From: Ostreococcus lucimarinus
Taxonomy: Eukaryota
Assembly: GCA_000092065.1 (NCBI GenBank)
Contig: CP000582.1
Length of the DNA: 64,000 nucleotides
Strand: one strand, 5' to 3'
Shown: positions 1 to 12,423 of the stretch, piece after piece
Position numbering within the stretch: position 1 is the stretch's first letter
How the letters are laid out: each line of letters begins with the position of its first letter
Notes under the pieces: model-generated
Told to the model about the DNA's origin: nothing
Seen by the model: the letters and a program-made list of their open reading frames with translations, nothing else
The model's database searches: none
Program-made: the position numbers and the translations under genes

Positions 1-283
1 ATCAGCAACCAGCCGGCTGACTTGAAGCTGTCGCGTTCGCAGTCAAAGAGATTACGCAAGAAGAAGCGAGATAATTCATAGTAATTTGTTGTTCACATGA
101 AATAACATACAATATTCGAATCGATATACGTACAGCTATAGATACTAGTCAACGCTGAGTTGGGCTATTTCGCCTTCCAATGACTTCAAAGTAGCCAACT
201 GCCTGTTCAAAATGTTGACATATTTGCTCAAAGAGCTAGAGCCTTCTTGATCACTCTGTGTAATAGGTATGAACCATGTGCTG

Positions 284-859
284 TTACCTGTGGGATAGTT
301 CACGTACCGTTTTTTCATCGAACATGCTGCTCACGTCTTGAATTTTTTCACAGACGTCCTTCAGTTGAGCGCTCATGCTTTCTGCAAAACAAAATAGTCG
401 GTCGTTGCGATCCAGTTGCACCGCACCCGGTCCGTGTCTGCATGACTTTTTAACCATCATATAATACACGTTCATCGGTACAAACCTGACTAATTCATGT
501 GTATCTTCTTCAATTTTGGCGAGCGCCACCTCGAGGTCACTCTGATAGTTCTCAAGTGTCTCAAGCTGAAATTTTAACCGATATTGTGCAGCAGAAAGAC
601 CGCATAGATCCGTCTGCGTATGTTCGCGTAAATTCACAATAGTTTGAACATGTTTACATACTTGGATCGAGTTAATAGACTTCCTTTGCCTTGATAGCGT
701 CGTGTCGAGCGAGTTTAGCACTCGTGTCTGTCTGGAAAACGTTTCCTGTGTTTGAAGTGTAAGATTTTCCGAGAGGCAGGGAGTGAGTGCACTCACATTT
801 GTGGCTGCTAAGCCAGACTGCCAGCCGCGGATTAAATCTTCGGTTCCTCGTGTCATCAA
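284..859 (-). CDS. coiled-coil protein of unknown function (probable extra 3' exon at ~150-250 after a short intron)
   Basis: 191-aa ORF with heptad-like coiled-coil composition; no family motif recognised; minus-strand reading continues after a short gap with ...SKYVNILNRQLATLKSLEGEIAQLSVD-stop. Confidence 0.3.
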   Translation of the reverse strand: MMTRGTEDLIRGWQSGLAATNVSALTPCLSENLTLQTQETFSRQTRVLNSLDTTLSRQRKSINSIQVCKHVQTIVNLREHTQTDLCGLSAAQYRLKFQLETLENYQSDLEVALAKIEEDTHELVRFVPMNVYYMMVKKSCRHGPGAVQLDRNDRLFCFAESMSAQLKDVCEKIQDVSSMFDEKTVRELSHR

Positions 860-1890
860 CGTCGTACTATGCGCCGTCGACTGGTTGCTTCGACGTTCAC
901 TTTCGCGGGTTGTGCTGTGATTTTGGTTTCTTAACTTAATAAAGAAAAAGAACTATTATTGGTTTAAGTATGACAACACACGCGTGCCCCAAAGAATCTT
1001 CAAAGATTTGGATTTGGGTTGCGGTTATCGCGATAAACGTTGGACACCGTTCGAAGCGCGTCACTGTCGCGTCGTTTTACGAGATCCAACTTAAGTGAAC
1101 ATGTCCGTTCACACGTCACTTAAAGTCATTGCCCTGCCGAAGGTTCACGCTCGCAGTGTTCGCAAGCAAGGTGCGAGAAGCGCATTATCTTACTTGATCG
1201 CGACTTGCATCCGTTCGCGATCGTTCTTCGTTTCTTTTCCTTCAGCGGCTTTACGCTCGACCGTTGCTCGTTACAAGGAGCGCCGAACATTTTCTATGAG
1301 TAACCTTTACCCTCGCCACAGCGTCTTACGTACCGACTGACTCGTATACTTCTCGAACACCGACAGGCAAGACCTTCGCGGTATCCGCGAAAGCGTCCTC
1401 AACCTCCGAAACCGTATTCAACTTCGAGAAGTATGTCCATTAAGTTGAGCTCTGTAGAAATCACATGACATCGTATGCGTAGGGTGGAGAAGGTTAAATC
1501 AAAGGCCAGCGCCGCTATGTCTGCCGCAGTTATCACGTCTATGACTTCTCCTTTGTTGGCTGAAGCCTCCGTGACGCCATCTTTGAAGAATACGTTGCTC
1601 TCCGTTGTCGCAGGTGGTGTCGTACTTGGGGCTATCGCCGCGGCTGTCATAGGGGTCTCTTCCTTTGACAAAGTCTCACGCAAATAAGCTCTGAAGAGCC
1701 AAGTCAAATGAAGAGGCGACTAGAGTTTATGAGGTATCGCTAACAAGTGTGCGATTATGGCAAGTTGAAGAAGATCGTGTATATGCGCAATAGTTAAATA
1801 CTTGACATACTCTAACCTCACTTAATTCTCACACCGAACCTCGCGCTAAGTGATCCGTGCCCGTCGATTTTTAATTAAAGACTAATCAAT

Positions 1891-2892
1891 ATGGAGTGCG
1901 TCGCGGTCAACTATGTACTTATATCTGAGTACCCAAGTTCCACAGGCCCAGTTTGCTCATACAGATCGAGTATCCGATTTCCTATAAGCTCAGAGATTTC
2001 TGGGTCAACATTCACGGCTTCCCACCATTTCTTCGGCAGTTCGAACTTGGAGCTCAGAAATTTGGTAGCTGTTTGAACTCAGAGAAAGTTCTGATTTCAA
2101 GCGCACGCAACTTACCTAAGTAGACGACTGCTTCAGCTATATGGTTTGCACTATACTCAAGGCATAGTGATGTTCGTAGACTTGCGCATTCGTCAGAAAT
2201 GTTATAATGTCGCGCGCAGATTTCTCGTACCTATCGTTAGCGAAATTCCAAGAAACTTGCGCAAGCGTTTTTGTTGACTCTTCCTCTATTAAACCAGCCT
2301 GACTCATCCTTTTAATTACTGAAAGTAAATGCTTATACGGATGTTCTACATTGAAATCAAAGCCAAGGCGATGCAGAAGTACACGTTCAGCTCTGAGAAT
2401 TGTCTCCTTCAGCTCAACATGAAGTTCCTGTCGCCGTTTAAGGGTGATTGTTACGAGCAAAATGAACATAATACCTGCTGCGAACTTTCTAGACGCGTGG
2501 GGTCGCTTGCTTTACGCTGTAATAAGTGGGACGTACGAGCAAGGTCATTGAGAGGTTTCGGGGTTTCTTCCACCTTTCCGGCAAGAAAAAGACACGCAGT
2601 GGCCATGACCTGCAAAGCTATCAACTCGAGCATGTTTCGGTTTTTTGGTTCCTTACCGCCGTCTCAAACTGTTGTGCATTTTGACTATCGAGCTCAAAAA
2701 AACGATGACAGAACACTGCCGCGGTCGCAATAGTGAGCTGGGGCCTGTCGCAGTCTGTTCTTTAGGAAAACTCGAACTGTACTACTTCATATGCTTACAC
2801 TTTTAGCTTCATGCCCGCTTCTTTGAGAAAATCGCAGTAACGCCATCTTCGCTCAGTGCTGGCATCCTTAGCTGTGCGAATTGAGCTTGACA
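1891..2892 (-). CDS. cyclin K/T-like transcription cyclin, multi-exon
   Basis: cyclin-box motifs LTIATAAVFCHRFF, ATACLFLAGKVEETPKPL, ERVLLHRLGFDFNVEHPYKHLL, LAQVSWNFANDR across at least 4 exons; 47-nt GT..AG intron at ~2610-2656 (minus strand) joins ...QQFETA to VMATACLF in frame. Confidence 0.6.
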
Positions 2893-3699
2893 TGGTCAGT
2901 AATGTGGGTGTTGAGCACGCGGCGGGAGCGCAGGGACTCACGTTTGTTTGTGACTGGTGGCGGTGCCGTACTTTCTTCGACTAACTCAATATACAACCAA
3001 CAAATAGAGCTATTAGCGTGCACGATTCGGGCAGCATTGCTCATGGTAATAATGTCTGCACGTGCAAGTTGCGCATCTGGCACGTACAGAAAGCCCGTGT
3101 CCGTCTGGAGCCCAGAACCGCCAGAGCAAGGTAGACGTAGGCTCGGACCGCCGACACGCCGGTCGATCGTTCCATGGACGATCTCATTGTCGTTCGTTGC
3201 AATAGAGACGTGAGCAAGTCATCACTTATCTCGCATGTCACACGGACGAGTTCTGCGTATTTTGAGACAGACGGCGTCGAGCGCGGGGAAAGGTCTCTCG
3301 GGGACCCTGGAGCTCTCGCTGATTCTGAGGTCTGGGTGCTCACGGACAACGGCCAGATGTTGAAAGTTGCGGACGTTAATCAAGTCCTACCGGTCAAACT
3401 CATTGAAACGGCGAGTGGGTACGTCGTGTATTCGCTTTTACTGTATGGTCTTGCCTACTCACGACCCCAGGGAACGTACCAGGACTGAGTGCGAGCTAAG
3501 TGAAGAGAACGTGGCGCCGGTGGAGGTAAGCTGATTTAAAACACGAATGTCCCTCAAATCATTGGAAATATAGATGGACGTGCTGCGCTTAGCTACTTGC
3601 AGCGCGACAAGTGCCACCGTCCAAACGGAATACGTGGCAGAGCTGCTGTGAGACTGGCCAAGATTTGCCTATCCCTGTTAGCATTGGAGTACCAAGCTA

Positions 3700-3775
3700 G
3701 TAGCGTATGTATGTATGTATGTATGTATGTATGTATGCATGTATGTAGGCGTGTATGCATGTGTGTTATCGGTGT
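3700..3775. repeat. (GTAT)n/(ATGT)n microsatellite
   Basis: gtatgtatgtatgtatgtatgtatgtatgcatgtatgtaggcgtgtatgcatgtgtg seen directly. Confidence 0.9.
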
Positions 3776-4541
3776 GAATCTATGTACGCGCATCGTTTAA
3801 TAGACCGTTGCACGTCGTATTTGTAATTTGTAACTAAGGTATCCACGTGTACTAGTAGTTCTAGACACCTCAAAGAGCTAATGCAGCTCTCTGGCTGTTT
3901 TAGTTGGTGCTATCAAAAATTGCGCATAGTAAGCGCGAACATTCGCCTTGTGTTTGAAGCCGCTGTTGTGTTGCTTTCGGACCGTTGCCGAGTCGTGTGT
4001 CAGGTGGGCGTTGCAGTAGTCTGAAGCGGAATATTGTTGAGGTATGTTGTACTTTTACCAACAGCGAGAAATGTGCGTACCGCAGTAATACCGTGCCATG
4101 CTGCGCCGTGTGTTCGCTCTAGTAACGAGCCTCCTGTTTCCACTTCGGAATGTGGAGTTATCCGAGCTCTTCTAGTCTTAACTCGCGTTACTCCTGCACT
4201 CCAGAACTGCAGAAGCAATGTGCCGCGCGCTCGCCCTCGCACGAGTCTCGGAATGAAGTTCTGACTCAGAACTTCTGAGTTAGCCGATTTCCGCTATCGG
4301 ATTCCTGGGTCATTACGGCCCGTAATTACGGGGAAGAATCGTATAATGTTTGTTTTATCCCATATTTGATTGAGCAAGCCAGCCTTAGCTCAGTACTTAG
4401 AACGTGCACAGTAAGTTCCAGTCCAGCTTCTAGAAGTTTGAGCTTGATCTTACAGAGCTTGATTAGCAACACACTCCGTAGAATGTCGGTGAAATAACAG
4501 CGCTATAGTATAGTAGTGATAATATGAACATGATAATATTA

Positions 4542-4569
4542 TCATTGTTGATATTAATATCAACAATGA
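4542..4569. repeat. perfect 28-bp AT-rich palindrome tcattgttgatattaatatcaacaatga
   Basis: sequence equals its own reverse complement; lies in the 3' intergenic region just downstream of the transporter gene. Confidence 0.85.
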
Positions 4570-4756
4570 GTTGCGCCACGATTAAGCGTCTTGAATAAAA
4601 CGTACTCGGGACTTCTTCTCAGCTTGCATAAGGCCTTTCTCTTGGCGATACGATGAACATAATGTATAAGTTATTTCTTTATTTCGTTGTACAGAGTGAT
4701 ATACGCTACAGATGCGACACTATGGTCATATACTGAATACGAGCGATTATTTCAGG

Positions 4757-6307
4757 CTATTCCCGCTGAAGATAGCTCTTCGCGTTGATGAGCGGGGCAA
4801 GCAGACAAATTCCGACAAACGTGGCGGTGAGAAGCGCAGCGAAAAATGCGTCCCATCCGTACTGTTGCACAAGAAGAGAAAGTGGAACGCCCGCGTTGGC
4901 TGCTCCTAGATATGCAATCCACCCAAGGAATCCCTCACTCGCACCAACGGAGCGACGACCAACAATTTCGGCCCCACACAGTCCTACTAGCATTTGCGGA
5001 CCGTACAGGAAGAACCCAATCATAAAAACTATGAGAGCTTGAGTGACGGGCCAACCAGCAGGAACCATCTTGAATGCAAGTAAAGAAGCCGCAACGCCAA
5101 TAAGATATACCATCACGACTCGAATACGATTACCGACGGCTCCTCTCGTTGATTTCGCAATCAAAGAGTCACTGATCCTTCCAGCTATCAGACTACCAAG
5201 CAAACCACCAAGTTCGAGGCCAGATACTCGGACGGCCGCCGCGCCTGCGTCGATCACACCCTTTTCTTTGATAAGATAAAATACTGACCAAGAAGTGATG
5301 CCCTGACGAACGACATAGACACAAAAGTATGTGAAAGCAAGCCCCCAGATGAAAGGGTTGGAGAGAACATTATGAAGAAGATTGTTCAAAAGGCTCGGTT
5401 GTTTCGAAATGTCGGCAGCATCAGCCTTAAGTCCGCCGGCAATGCTGACGTCTATCTCGACTGGTTCGAAACCTTTATCTTCTGGAGAATCTTTCAGCGT
5501 CGAGACGATGATCACACCAACAACGACAGCTATGCAGCCAGGAGCCCACAGACCCCAGTTCCAACCAAACGTACGAGCAGCAGTTCCAGCTAAGATGGGC
5601 GCCATAAAACCTCCAAGATTATGGGCAATGTTCCACATTCCCCAGTATGTTCCACGCTCGCTAGCAGCGAACCAAGAAGTCAAAATTTTCGCACAGCTTG
5701 GCGCACCGAACCCCTGCAAGATTCCATTCATCGCCCAGAGGACACAAAAGAAAGGAAGTGTCGAGCTCGCACCAAACGCAATATTTACAAGGCCAGTCGC
5801 AATCAAACCTCCGCCAAGCATTAGACTTGGCGATAACATATCACCCACCACACCGCTGACGAACTTACTGCAGCCATAACAAAGTGGAAAGATAGAGGTG
5901 ATAACACCAATAGAAGTTATATCAAGATGTAAAGACGGAGAAGCCACCATAGCTGGAGCAGTGAACGTCAAACTGTTGCGGGTCAAGTAGTAGCACGAGT
6001 AACCGAACAAAATGCTGAAAAACACGGAAAGGCGTGTTCTTAGAAACAGACTGTCGTATGTCCTCTTTGGCTCGGAAGTAGTTGCTGAGAAACCACAAAC
6101 TGTCGACGGACGGTGCAACTTGCTTCGACAATTGCGTATATGCCGCTTCTGGGGCGTAAAGTCACGTCGCACTGCGCATTTAATCCAAGTTACACGCTTC
6201 GGACCTCTCCGAGTTGTTCGAGATCCCACGGGGCTCCCCGGCTGGGCGTTGAGTGTTGTGACGTGTGCCGAGACGAACATTTCTGCTACGAAAGCAAAGC
6301 AAACCAA
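4757..6307 (-). CDS. MFS organophosphate:Pi antiporter (GlpT/UhpC/SLC37 glycerol-3-phosphate or sugar-phosphate transporter family)
   Basis: 516-aa ORF; 12-TM profile; matches to GlpT family e.g. FGYSCYYLTRNSLTFTAPAMV, GMWNIAHNLGGFMAPILAG; N-terminal ~95 aa may be UTR read-through or targeting extension. Confidence 0.75.
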   Translation of the reverse strand: MVCFAFVAEMFVSAHVTTLNAQPGSPVGSRTTRRGPKRVTWIKCAVRRDFTPQKRHIRNCRSKLHRPSTVCGFSATTSEPKRTYDSLFLRTRLSVFFSILFGYSCYYLTRNSLTFTAPAMVASPSLHLDITSIGVITSIFPLCYGCSKFVSGVVGDMLSPSLMLGGGLIATGLVNIAFGASSTLPFFCVLWAMNGILQGFGAPSCAKILTSWFAASERGTYWGMWNIAHNLGGFMAPILAGTAARTFGWNWGLWAPGCIAVVVGVIIVSTLKDSPEDKGFEPVEIDVSIAGGLKADAADISKQPSLLNNLLHNVLSNPFIWGLAFTYFCVYVVRQGITSWSVFYLIKEKGVIDAGAAAVRVSGLELGGLLGSLIAGRISDSLIAKSTRGAVGNRIRVVMVYLIGVAASLLAFKMVPAGWPVTQALIVFMIGFFLYGPQMLVGLCGAEIVGRRSVGASEGFLGWIAYLGAANAGVPLSLLVQQYGWDAFFAALLTATFVGICLLAPLINAKSYLQRE

Positions 6308-6579
6308 AAGAACACGGATTCAACTTCGAATCGCCTTGCTCTATGTCGCGCGACTCTCTGAAAACGGCCGTTACGTCTTCTTCTTCAACCACGCACGGGA
6401 CGTTCGGTACACGTGCAAAATCATATCAATGATGGCATATTGTAAGACAATTCTCGCGAAATAGTCCACGTCGAGTGGGTTTTCTGCCCGGCGAAAAACC
6501 GAAAAGTTGTGCGTCGGTGCGCACGTACCTCAGACGTCGCCTCAAGTACGCGGAACAGGCAACGCCCACAGAGCCTGTC

Positions 6580-7401
6580 ATGAAAGCTACTGGTTTTGAT
6601 TTTCACCGCGTGCACGCCCCCGCGCAAGATTTTCGCGCGAAAAAGACCGGTACAACGATATGTGGAGTAGTCTTCGCGGGGGGTGTTGTTCTCGGTGCAG
6701 ATACTCGGTCTACGAACGGGGAAACAGTAGCCGACAAAAACTGCGAAAAAATACATCACATAGCACCAAACATATATTGCTGCGGAGCTGGAACAGCTGC
6801 CGACACGGAGTCTCTGACTGGTAAGAGTTGCAACGTTGTCGGATTGTTCGAGATTTTGTTCCAATATTTATTCTAATAACACCACATAGGCCTGATTTCT
6901 TCCAATCTTCACCTTCACAGGGCACAAACAAATCGACAGAATTTGGTGAAGACTGCGCTCACTATGCTTAAAAGCTATCTTTTCCGTTATCAAGGTCATG
7001 TTGGCGCCGCACTAGTTTTAGGCGGCGTCGACAAGGAAGGCGCACATCTTTACACTGTCTACCCCCACGGATCCTCTGATGCTTTACCGTTCGCAGCGAT
7101 GGGTAGCGGATCTTTAGCGGCCATTGCAACGCTCGAGACGGGCTATAGTGAGGTTTTGAAGTTGGATGATGCAAAGGAGTTAGTGACACGAGCTATTCTA
7201 GCAGGTGTACTAAATGATCTCGGTTCCGGCTCTTCCGTCGACTTGTGTATAATTTCAAGGAGTGGGACAGAATATGTTAGGAATTATCGGTCTGATATGC
7301 ATCGAACTTTCAAATTGACACCTGGTTACGAATTCGGAGACGAATGCAACGAAGTGAACAGCGCCAACTTTGATACTGCCACTCGTATATTACGCAACTA
7401 A
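6580..7401 (+). CDS. PSMB7: proteasome subunit beta type-7 (beta2), 2 exons
   Basis: exon 1 ...[57 protein letters not shown]; exon 2 ...[32 protein letters not shown]...; both exons in the same frame separated by stop codons, so the intron length must be a multiple of 3; best fit is a donor at ~6846 and acceptor at ~6920 (75 nt). Confidence 0.8.
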
Positions 7402-7510
7402 AGAACCCAGTTGAGTGAGATATGTCACGTTTATGTCGCTAAATATTTCCTTTAAGCTTGTAAAAAGTTTTCGTCTTGTTGACTTGAATGTTCGACTTGA
7501 AAAGCCCATC

Positions 7511-9469
7511 CTATTGACTTCGCTCTTTCACAAGGGCATCCACAACGCTAGGATCAGCTAGAGTGGATATGTCACCCAACGAGTCTTCTTCTCGAGACGC
7601 TATTTTCCTCAAGATGCGTCTCATAATTTTACCACTACGCGTTTTTGGTAATCCTGGCGCCCATTGAATAGTATCAGGTGCTGCGAACGGACCGATAACA
7701 GTCCTCACACAGTTCACCAGAGCTTTCTTCGTTGCCTCCGTGAGAACACAACCTTCGCGCAACGTTACAAAAGCGTATATCGACTGACCCTTGATAGCGT
7801 GATCAATTCCCACTACAGCGGCTTCAGTACACTCCTGATGGGTGACTAATGCCGACTCGACCTCCGCAGTGCCGATACGATGACCAGACACGTTGATGAC
7901 ATCGTCAACACGTCCGGTAATCCAATAATACCCATCCGAGTCACGCTTGGCCCCATCGCCTGAAAAGTAGTACCCTTTAAACATGGAGAAGTACGCTTCT
8001 TCGTACCTTTTATGATCCGAAAAAAGTGTTCGAAACATGGATGGCCACGGTTTCTTGAAACACAAATACCCTTCGGCCTCTCCTGTCAATTCTTCTCCGG
8101 CATCGTTCAGTAATACTGGTTGAACACCAAAGAACGGGAGAGTCGCCGAACCTGGCTTCTGCTCTATCGCAAAAGGCAGTGGAGTGATCATATGCCCACC
8201 GGTTTCCGTTTGCCACCAGGTGTCTACGATCGGACAGCGTCCACCTCCGACGATCTCGGAGTACCACTGCCATGCTTCGGGGTTAATCGGTTCTCCGACT
8301 GTACCCAATATTTTCAGCGACAGCCTTTGGTGTTTGAGAACAAAGTCGTTACCGTATCGCTGCAACGCTCTTATCGCAGTTGGCGCTGTGTAGAATGCTT
8401 TCACATTATATTTGTCCACGATTTGCCAACACCGACCAGCATCTGGATGTGTCGGTACTCCCTCAAAGACAACTGAAGCGGCACCGTTTAGAAGTGGTCC
8501 ATATGTCACGTACGTATGACCTGTTATCCAGCCACAATCTGCAGTGCACCAAAATATATCACCTTGTTGCATGTTGAAAACAGAGGCGCATGTAGCTCCA
8601 GCATAAACCATGTACCCTCCGGTAGTATGGAGGACGCCCTTCGGGGAGCCTGTAGAACCAGACGTGTACAACATGAAGAGTGGATGCTCCGCATCAACCC
8701 ATTCTGTTGTGCACTCCATGGATTGTGCATGTACTGCTTGCTGCCAATGTTCATCACGACTAGTTGTGAGAAAGCCCTCCACGTCAAGCCTCTCGTTCAT
8801 GAAACATAAGCAGTGTTCAATTTTATGACCCTTTTCGGCACTGGAATCACATGCTTCGTCGACGACAGCTTTTAAATTTATGTGTTTCGAACCTCTCATC
8901 ACAGCTGAACATGTTAACACCACTTTCGCCGCCGATCCCAGAAGACGCTGCGCTAACGCCTCAGAAGAAAATCCTGCAAACACAACAGAGTGGACAGCCC
9001 CGATGCGGGCACAAGCAAGCATCGCAATAGGAAGTTCCATAATCATAGGTAAGTACAGTACAACAGCATCACCCTTAGCAACTCCGACCGATTTCAGCCA
9101 GTTTGCCAGCCGATTGACATCTGCTTGGAGCTCACTGTACGTTTTTGTCCCTTCTTCACCGACGTCATTACCTTCCCAGATTAACGCGACCTGCTCTCCA
9201 CAGCCCCTTTCAATATTTCGTTCGATGCAATTCCACGCAATGTTGGTCTTCCCGCCGGCAAACCATGAGACGTCAACTTTTCCGACGTCGGTATTGAAGT
9301 TGAAGGCGCTCACACTATCAGACCAGTCAGCACTCCAGACGAAGTCCTTGGCCAGTTTGGACCAAAATTTCTCTGGCTCAGTAACGGATTCGCGATAGAG
9401 CTCGTCGTACTGGCCACGACTCGAACAGTTTCGAAGTGTATCCATCACGTTCACGGTCGAAAGATTCAC
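7511..9469 (-). CDS. ACS: acetyl-CoA synthetase (acetate-CoA ligase), single exon
   Basis: 652-aa ORF with N-terminal ACS domain (PEKFWSKLAKDF...WF.GGKTNIAWNCIERN), AMP-binding motif YTSGSTGSPKGV, C-terminal PKTRSGKIMRRILRKIA. Confidence 0.9.
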   Translation of the reverse strand: MNLSTVNVMDTLRNCSSRGQYDELYRESVTEPEKFWSKLAKDFVWSADWSDSVSAFNFNTDVGKVDVSWFAGGKTNIAWNCIERNIERGCGEQVALIWEGNDVGEEGTKTYSELQADVNRLANWLKSVGVAKGDAVVLYLPMIMELPIAMLACARIGAVHSVVFAGFSSEALAQRLLGSAAKVVLTCSAVMRGSKHINLKAVVDEACDSSAEKGHKIEHCLCFMNERLDVEGFLTTSRDEHWQQAVHAQSMECTTEWVDAEHPLFMLYTSGSTGSPKGVLHTTGGYMVYAGATCASVFNMQQGDIFWCTADCGWITGHTYVTYGPLLNGAASVVFEGVPTHPDAGRCWQIVDKYNVKAFYTAPTAIRALQRYGNDFVLKHQRLSLKILGTVGEPINPEAWQWYSEIVGGGRCPIVDTWWQTETGGHMITPLPFAIEQKPGSATLPFFGVQPVLLNDAGEELTGEAEGYLCFKKPWPSMFRTLFSDHKRYEEAYFSMFKGYYFSGDGAKRDSDGYYWITGRVDDVINVSGHRIGTAEVESALVTHQECTEAAVVGIDHAIKGQSIYAFVTLREGCVLTEATKKALVNCVRTVIGPFAAPDTIQWAPGLPKTRSGKIMRRILRKIASREEDSLGDISTLADPSVVDALVKERSQ

Positions 9470-9811
9470 CTACCCTTGGTTTTCGCTCTTCGTAGTGCGA
9501 CGCAATGTGGGAAAGGCAGAGGTCACGGTGCCACATTGCAAATCACATGTCTGATATAGTGATATCCTTTAAATAGTTCAAATTTCCATTTGTATATTAC
9601 TATGAAAAGAGATTTGGAAGAAAAATGGACAAAAAAAGCCACGAACTTTTCGCTTTCCCCTCAACCCCTTAACCGTAGCGAGGTTAGTGGGGTAGCGCCG
9701 CCGCACTCAGGTTCTACAAACGTGCGAAACATCCATCACTGCACGGAGCGTGTCATCATCATTCTCAGTTTATCGATATCACGACCGTATAGACTCTAAA
9801 CGTAGCTCCGC

Positions 9812-10658
9812 ATGCGTCCGCCCAATCGAGGTGGCCGTGTTCTCGACGTGCGCTCAGGCAACTCTGGTAGGACTGGTTCAAGATTTTCTAGTGCCGGCCG
9901 TGGGCGTGGGCGTGGGCGTGGCGGCCAGTTCCGTGACGAAGGCCCCCCTGCCGCAATCGAAGGTACGCTTTCTTGACGTGTCTTTTCTCGAGACTCAACG
10001 CCACTTACAGAAATTGGCACTTTTTTACACGCGTGTGAGGGCGAAATCGTATGCAAATCTACGAATAAGAAGGTAATAGCGCGCGTTTGAGAATCTACCT
10101 GTCCCGAACGTAATTACAGATACCATATTTCAACGGCGCCATCTACCTTCAAAACAAGACCCAAGTATGTCGAAATGTTTCGATATGGAGAGAACTCACT
10201 TTCTCTTTAGGTTGGCAAAATTGAAGAAATATTTGGCCCGGTGAATGAAACGGTATAGTGCTCACCTCGCATTCATGACGCCAAACTAAACATCAAACGA
10301 ATGAAGTTGTTTACAGTGAAGCTCCTCGAGAGTATCAATGCAAGCTCATACGAAAAAGGTTTACTATCCTTTTCCTTGTTCTTGTTGCACGTTTCTTACC
10401 TGTCACTCAGGTGCAATTTTCTACATAAGCCCCGACAAGCTGTTACCGGTTGAACGCTTCACGAATACAACAAGGTGACCATGAATGATTCTTCAATTGT
10501 ATACGCACTAATTTATTTGCAGTGCTGGTAAAGTTCGCGGTAGAGGTCAAGGGGGTAGATCCACGGGAGGAAGAGGTGGTCGGGGAGGTCGAGGTGGGCG
10601 GGGCGCCCAGTTTAGCGCCCGTGGCCGAAGCGGTCGAGGAGGTCGAGGTCGTTTTTAA
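9812..10658 (+). CDS. GAR1: H/ACA snoRNP protein GAR1, ~6 exons with 47-48-nt introns
   Basis: N-terminal GAR domain GRGRGRGRGGQFRDEGPPAAIE; core exons IGTFLHACEGEIVCKSTNKK, IPYFNGAIYLQNKTQ, VGKIEEIFGPVNET, AIFYISPDKLLPVERFTNTT; C-terminal GAR RGRGQGGRSTGGRGGRGGRGGRGAQFSARGRSGRGGRGRF-stop. This is the textbook GAR1 architecture. Confidence 0.8.
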
Positions 10659-10815
10659 ACAGAGTGCAACTCCGTGTTTCTTGTGTCATGGCTCAAAGTC
10701 CATTGCCTACATCGTCAATGCTGGAAGTTTGACGCATTGTGAAGCTCAGTATTTTTTGTTCTCTACCACAAGCTCACTGGTGCATCAACTACAGTTTGTT
10801 CGCGAGACGACAAGT

Positions 10816-11580
10816 CTTCGCGATACCTATTGATCTCGAATCTGCGATCAATGGTAATATCGATTAGTAAACCTCAAAATATGTAATAATCAACACTCAC
10901 CTTGAATCCAAATATTCTAGGTTCATACAAGTCAGTTTGTTTTGGGGTCTGCAAGTGCTTGAAGCTCATCAGAAACAAATGCGGAAACGTCGTTCCAAAG
11001 TACGCTCCGTCGGTGTTTCCTTGATATTTACTTCGAGGAAAGTATATATCCTAAAATACGGAGTTGGAAGCAAGAGATGCCAATATGGATGACGTACCTT
11101 GCACTTCGGACAGAATATTTTCACCGTCGCAGTTCGAAAGATATCCGACGTGCCGACCGGTAAGCACGGCGTATTCGCGCACATAAATCTTGGACAACGT
11201 CCAAAGTGGTTCTGTTTGTACTTCTCCAACATCAATGTCATACCTCTTTGGGTCAGTATGTATCGCGCGTGAATTAGACCATAGAGCATTTCTGCCGCCG
11301 ACTCAACAAGCTCCTGCTGCTGTTCGCTCAACGTGCTATGCCCTCTTTCTACATCAAGAATTGTGTCAAGTGCGTAATCATAATATGGAACAGAGGAGCT
11401 GAGGCCGCTCAAGTTGAAATCGTCTTGTATGTATTCTTCGTCAACTTCACAAAATAACTCATTTCCTTTCAATCCGCAAAACCACGCAATCCACGACTGT
11501 TCTGTATCTTCGATCGAATCGTCGAAGGAATCGTCGCCAGACGACGCCGTTTCGTCGCTCAAATACGCAGGTTTTTTCAT
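10816..11580 (-). CDS. CKB: casein kinase II regulatory subunit beta, >=3 exons
   Basis: [79 protein letters not shown]; after a 47-nt intron (gtacgtcatcc...attttag) the protein continues [28 protein letters not shown]...[10 protein letters not shown]; the terminal exon is uncertain. Confidence 0.85.
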
Positions 11581-11905
11581 CTGTTTTGAACGAGCGCTAT
11601 GTGGTGATTAGTCTCAGCCAACGTGGCTTCCTTAAAGCGACCTCATAAAGGTTATATAGCCACATATAGACAGTCTTATGTTAATATATGAGAGCAAGGA
11701 CCGAGCCAGCACTTTGCAGACGTTCCCAACGAACTGCTCGGCAGGAAAGCTCAACAGTTCCCGTCGGAAGCGAAAACGAGCGGTAAATCTATTGCTCGCG
11801 TGTCACCCTCCTCGAAATTTCGACTCGGGGCCTGCGTGTTTCACATAGCAGTAGCATACTTTTCTACATCGCAAATCAAGCCGACCCGAAGCAACGAGTG
11901 AATAG

Positions 11906-12330
11906 ATGCCTACTGCGCACGAGGCTGATGCGAGCGTTGCCCGCGAGCAGGACAGATTCCTGCCCGTGGCGAATATCAACAGGATAATGAAAAAAGCACT
12001 TCCGGCGAACGCGAAAATCGCGAAGGACGCAAAGGAAACAGTTCAGGAATGCGTATCAGAGTTCATCAGCTTCATCACAAGCGAGTAAGTGTCTGTCTAG
12101 TCCAGCCTTGATTTCAACTAAGAGAAAATTAGGGCTAGTGATAAGTGCCAGCGCGAAAAGAGGAAGACTATCAATGGCGATGATTTGCTGTGGGCGATGA
12201 GCACTTTGGGCTTCGAAGAATATATCCGACCATTAAGAGTGTATCTACAGGGCTACCGGAATGTAAGTAGTATTTTTTTTCATGAACTTGTGTTTTGATG
12301 ATTTTTTGAAAAGGTTGAAGGCGAGAAATG
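11906..12330 (+). CDS. NFYB: nuclear factor Y subunit B (CBF-A/HAP3), 3 exons
   Basis: near-identity to plant NF-YB histone-fold: [48 protein letters not shown] | [43 protein letters not shown] | VEGEK-stop; introns of 48 and 51 nt. Confidence 0.85.
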
Positions 12331-12423
12331 ATCGCTAGCGGTAAAGTACATTGGGTTGTGGACTGCAGTTTGATTGTTTTTTTTGTAAATTCGCGGTATA
12401 TGTGTGTGTACATTTGTAACCGA

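Noticed and set aside
4370-4420. tRNA-like D-arm (agccttagctcagtacttagaacgtgcac)
   Set aside because: Resembles TAGCTCAGT-GG-TAGAGCG but has GAAC instead of GAGC, and no T-arm (GTTCGA/AATCC) or acceptor complement follows. Likely a chance match or a decayed relic.
6012-6464. ORFs 6012-6464, 6113-6361 and 6180-6392 in the transporter/PSMB7 divergent promoter
   Set aside because: Mutually overlapping in different frames, no family similarity, located where 5' UTRs and promoters of two confirmed genes must lie.
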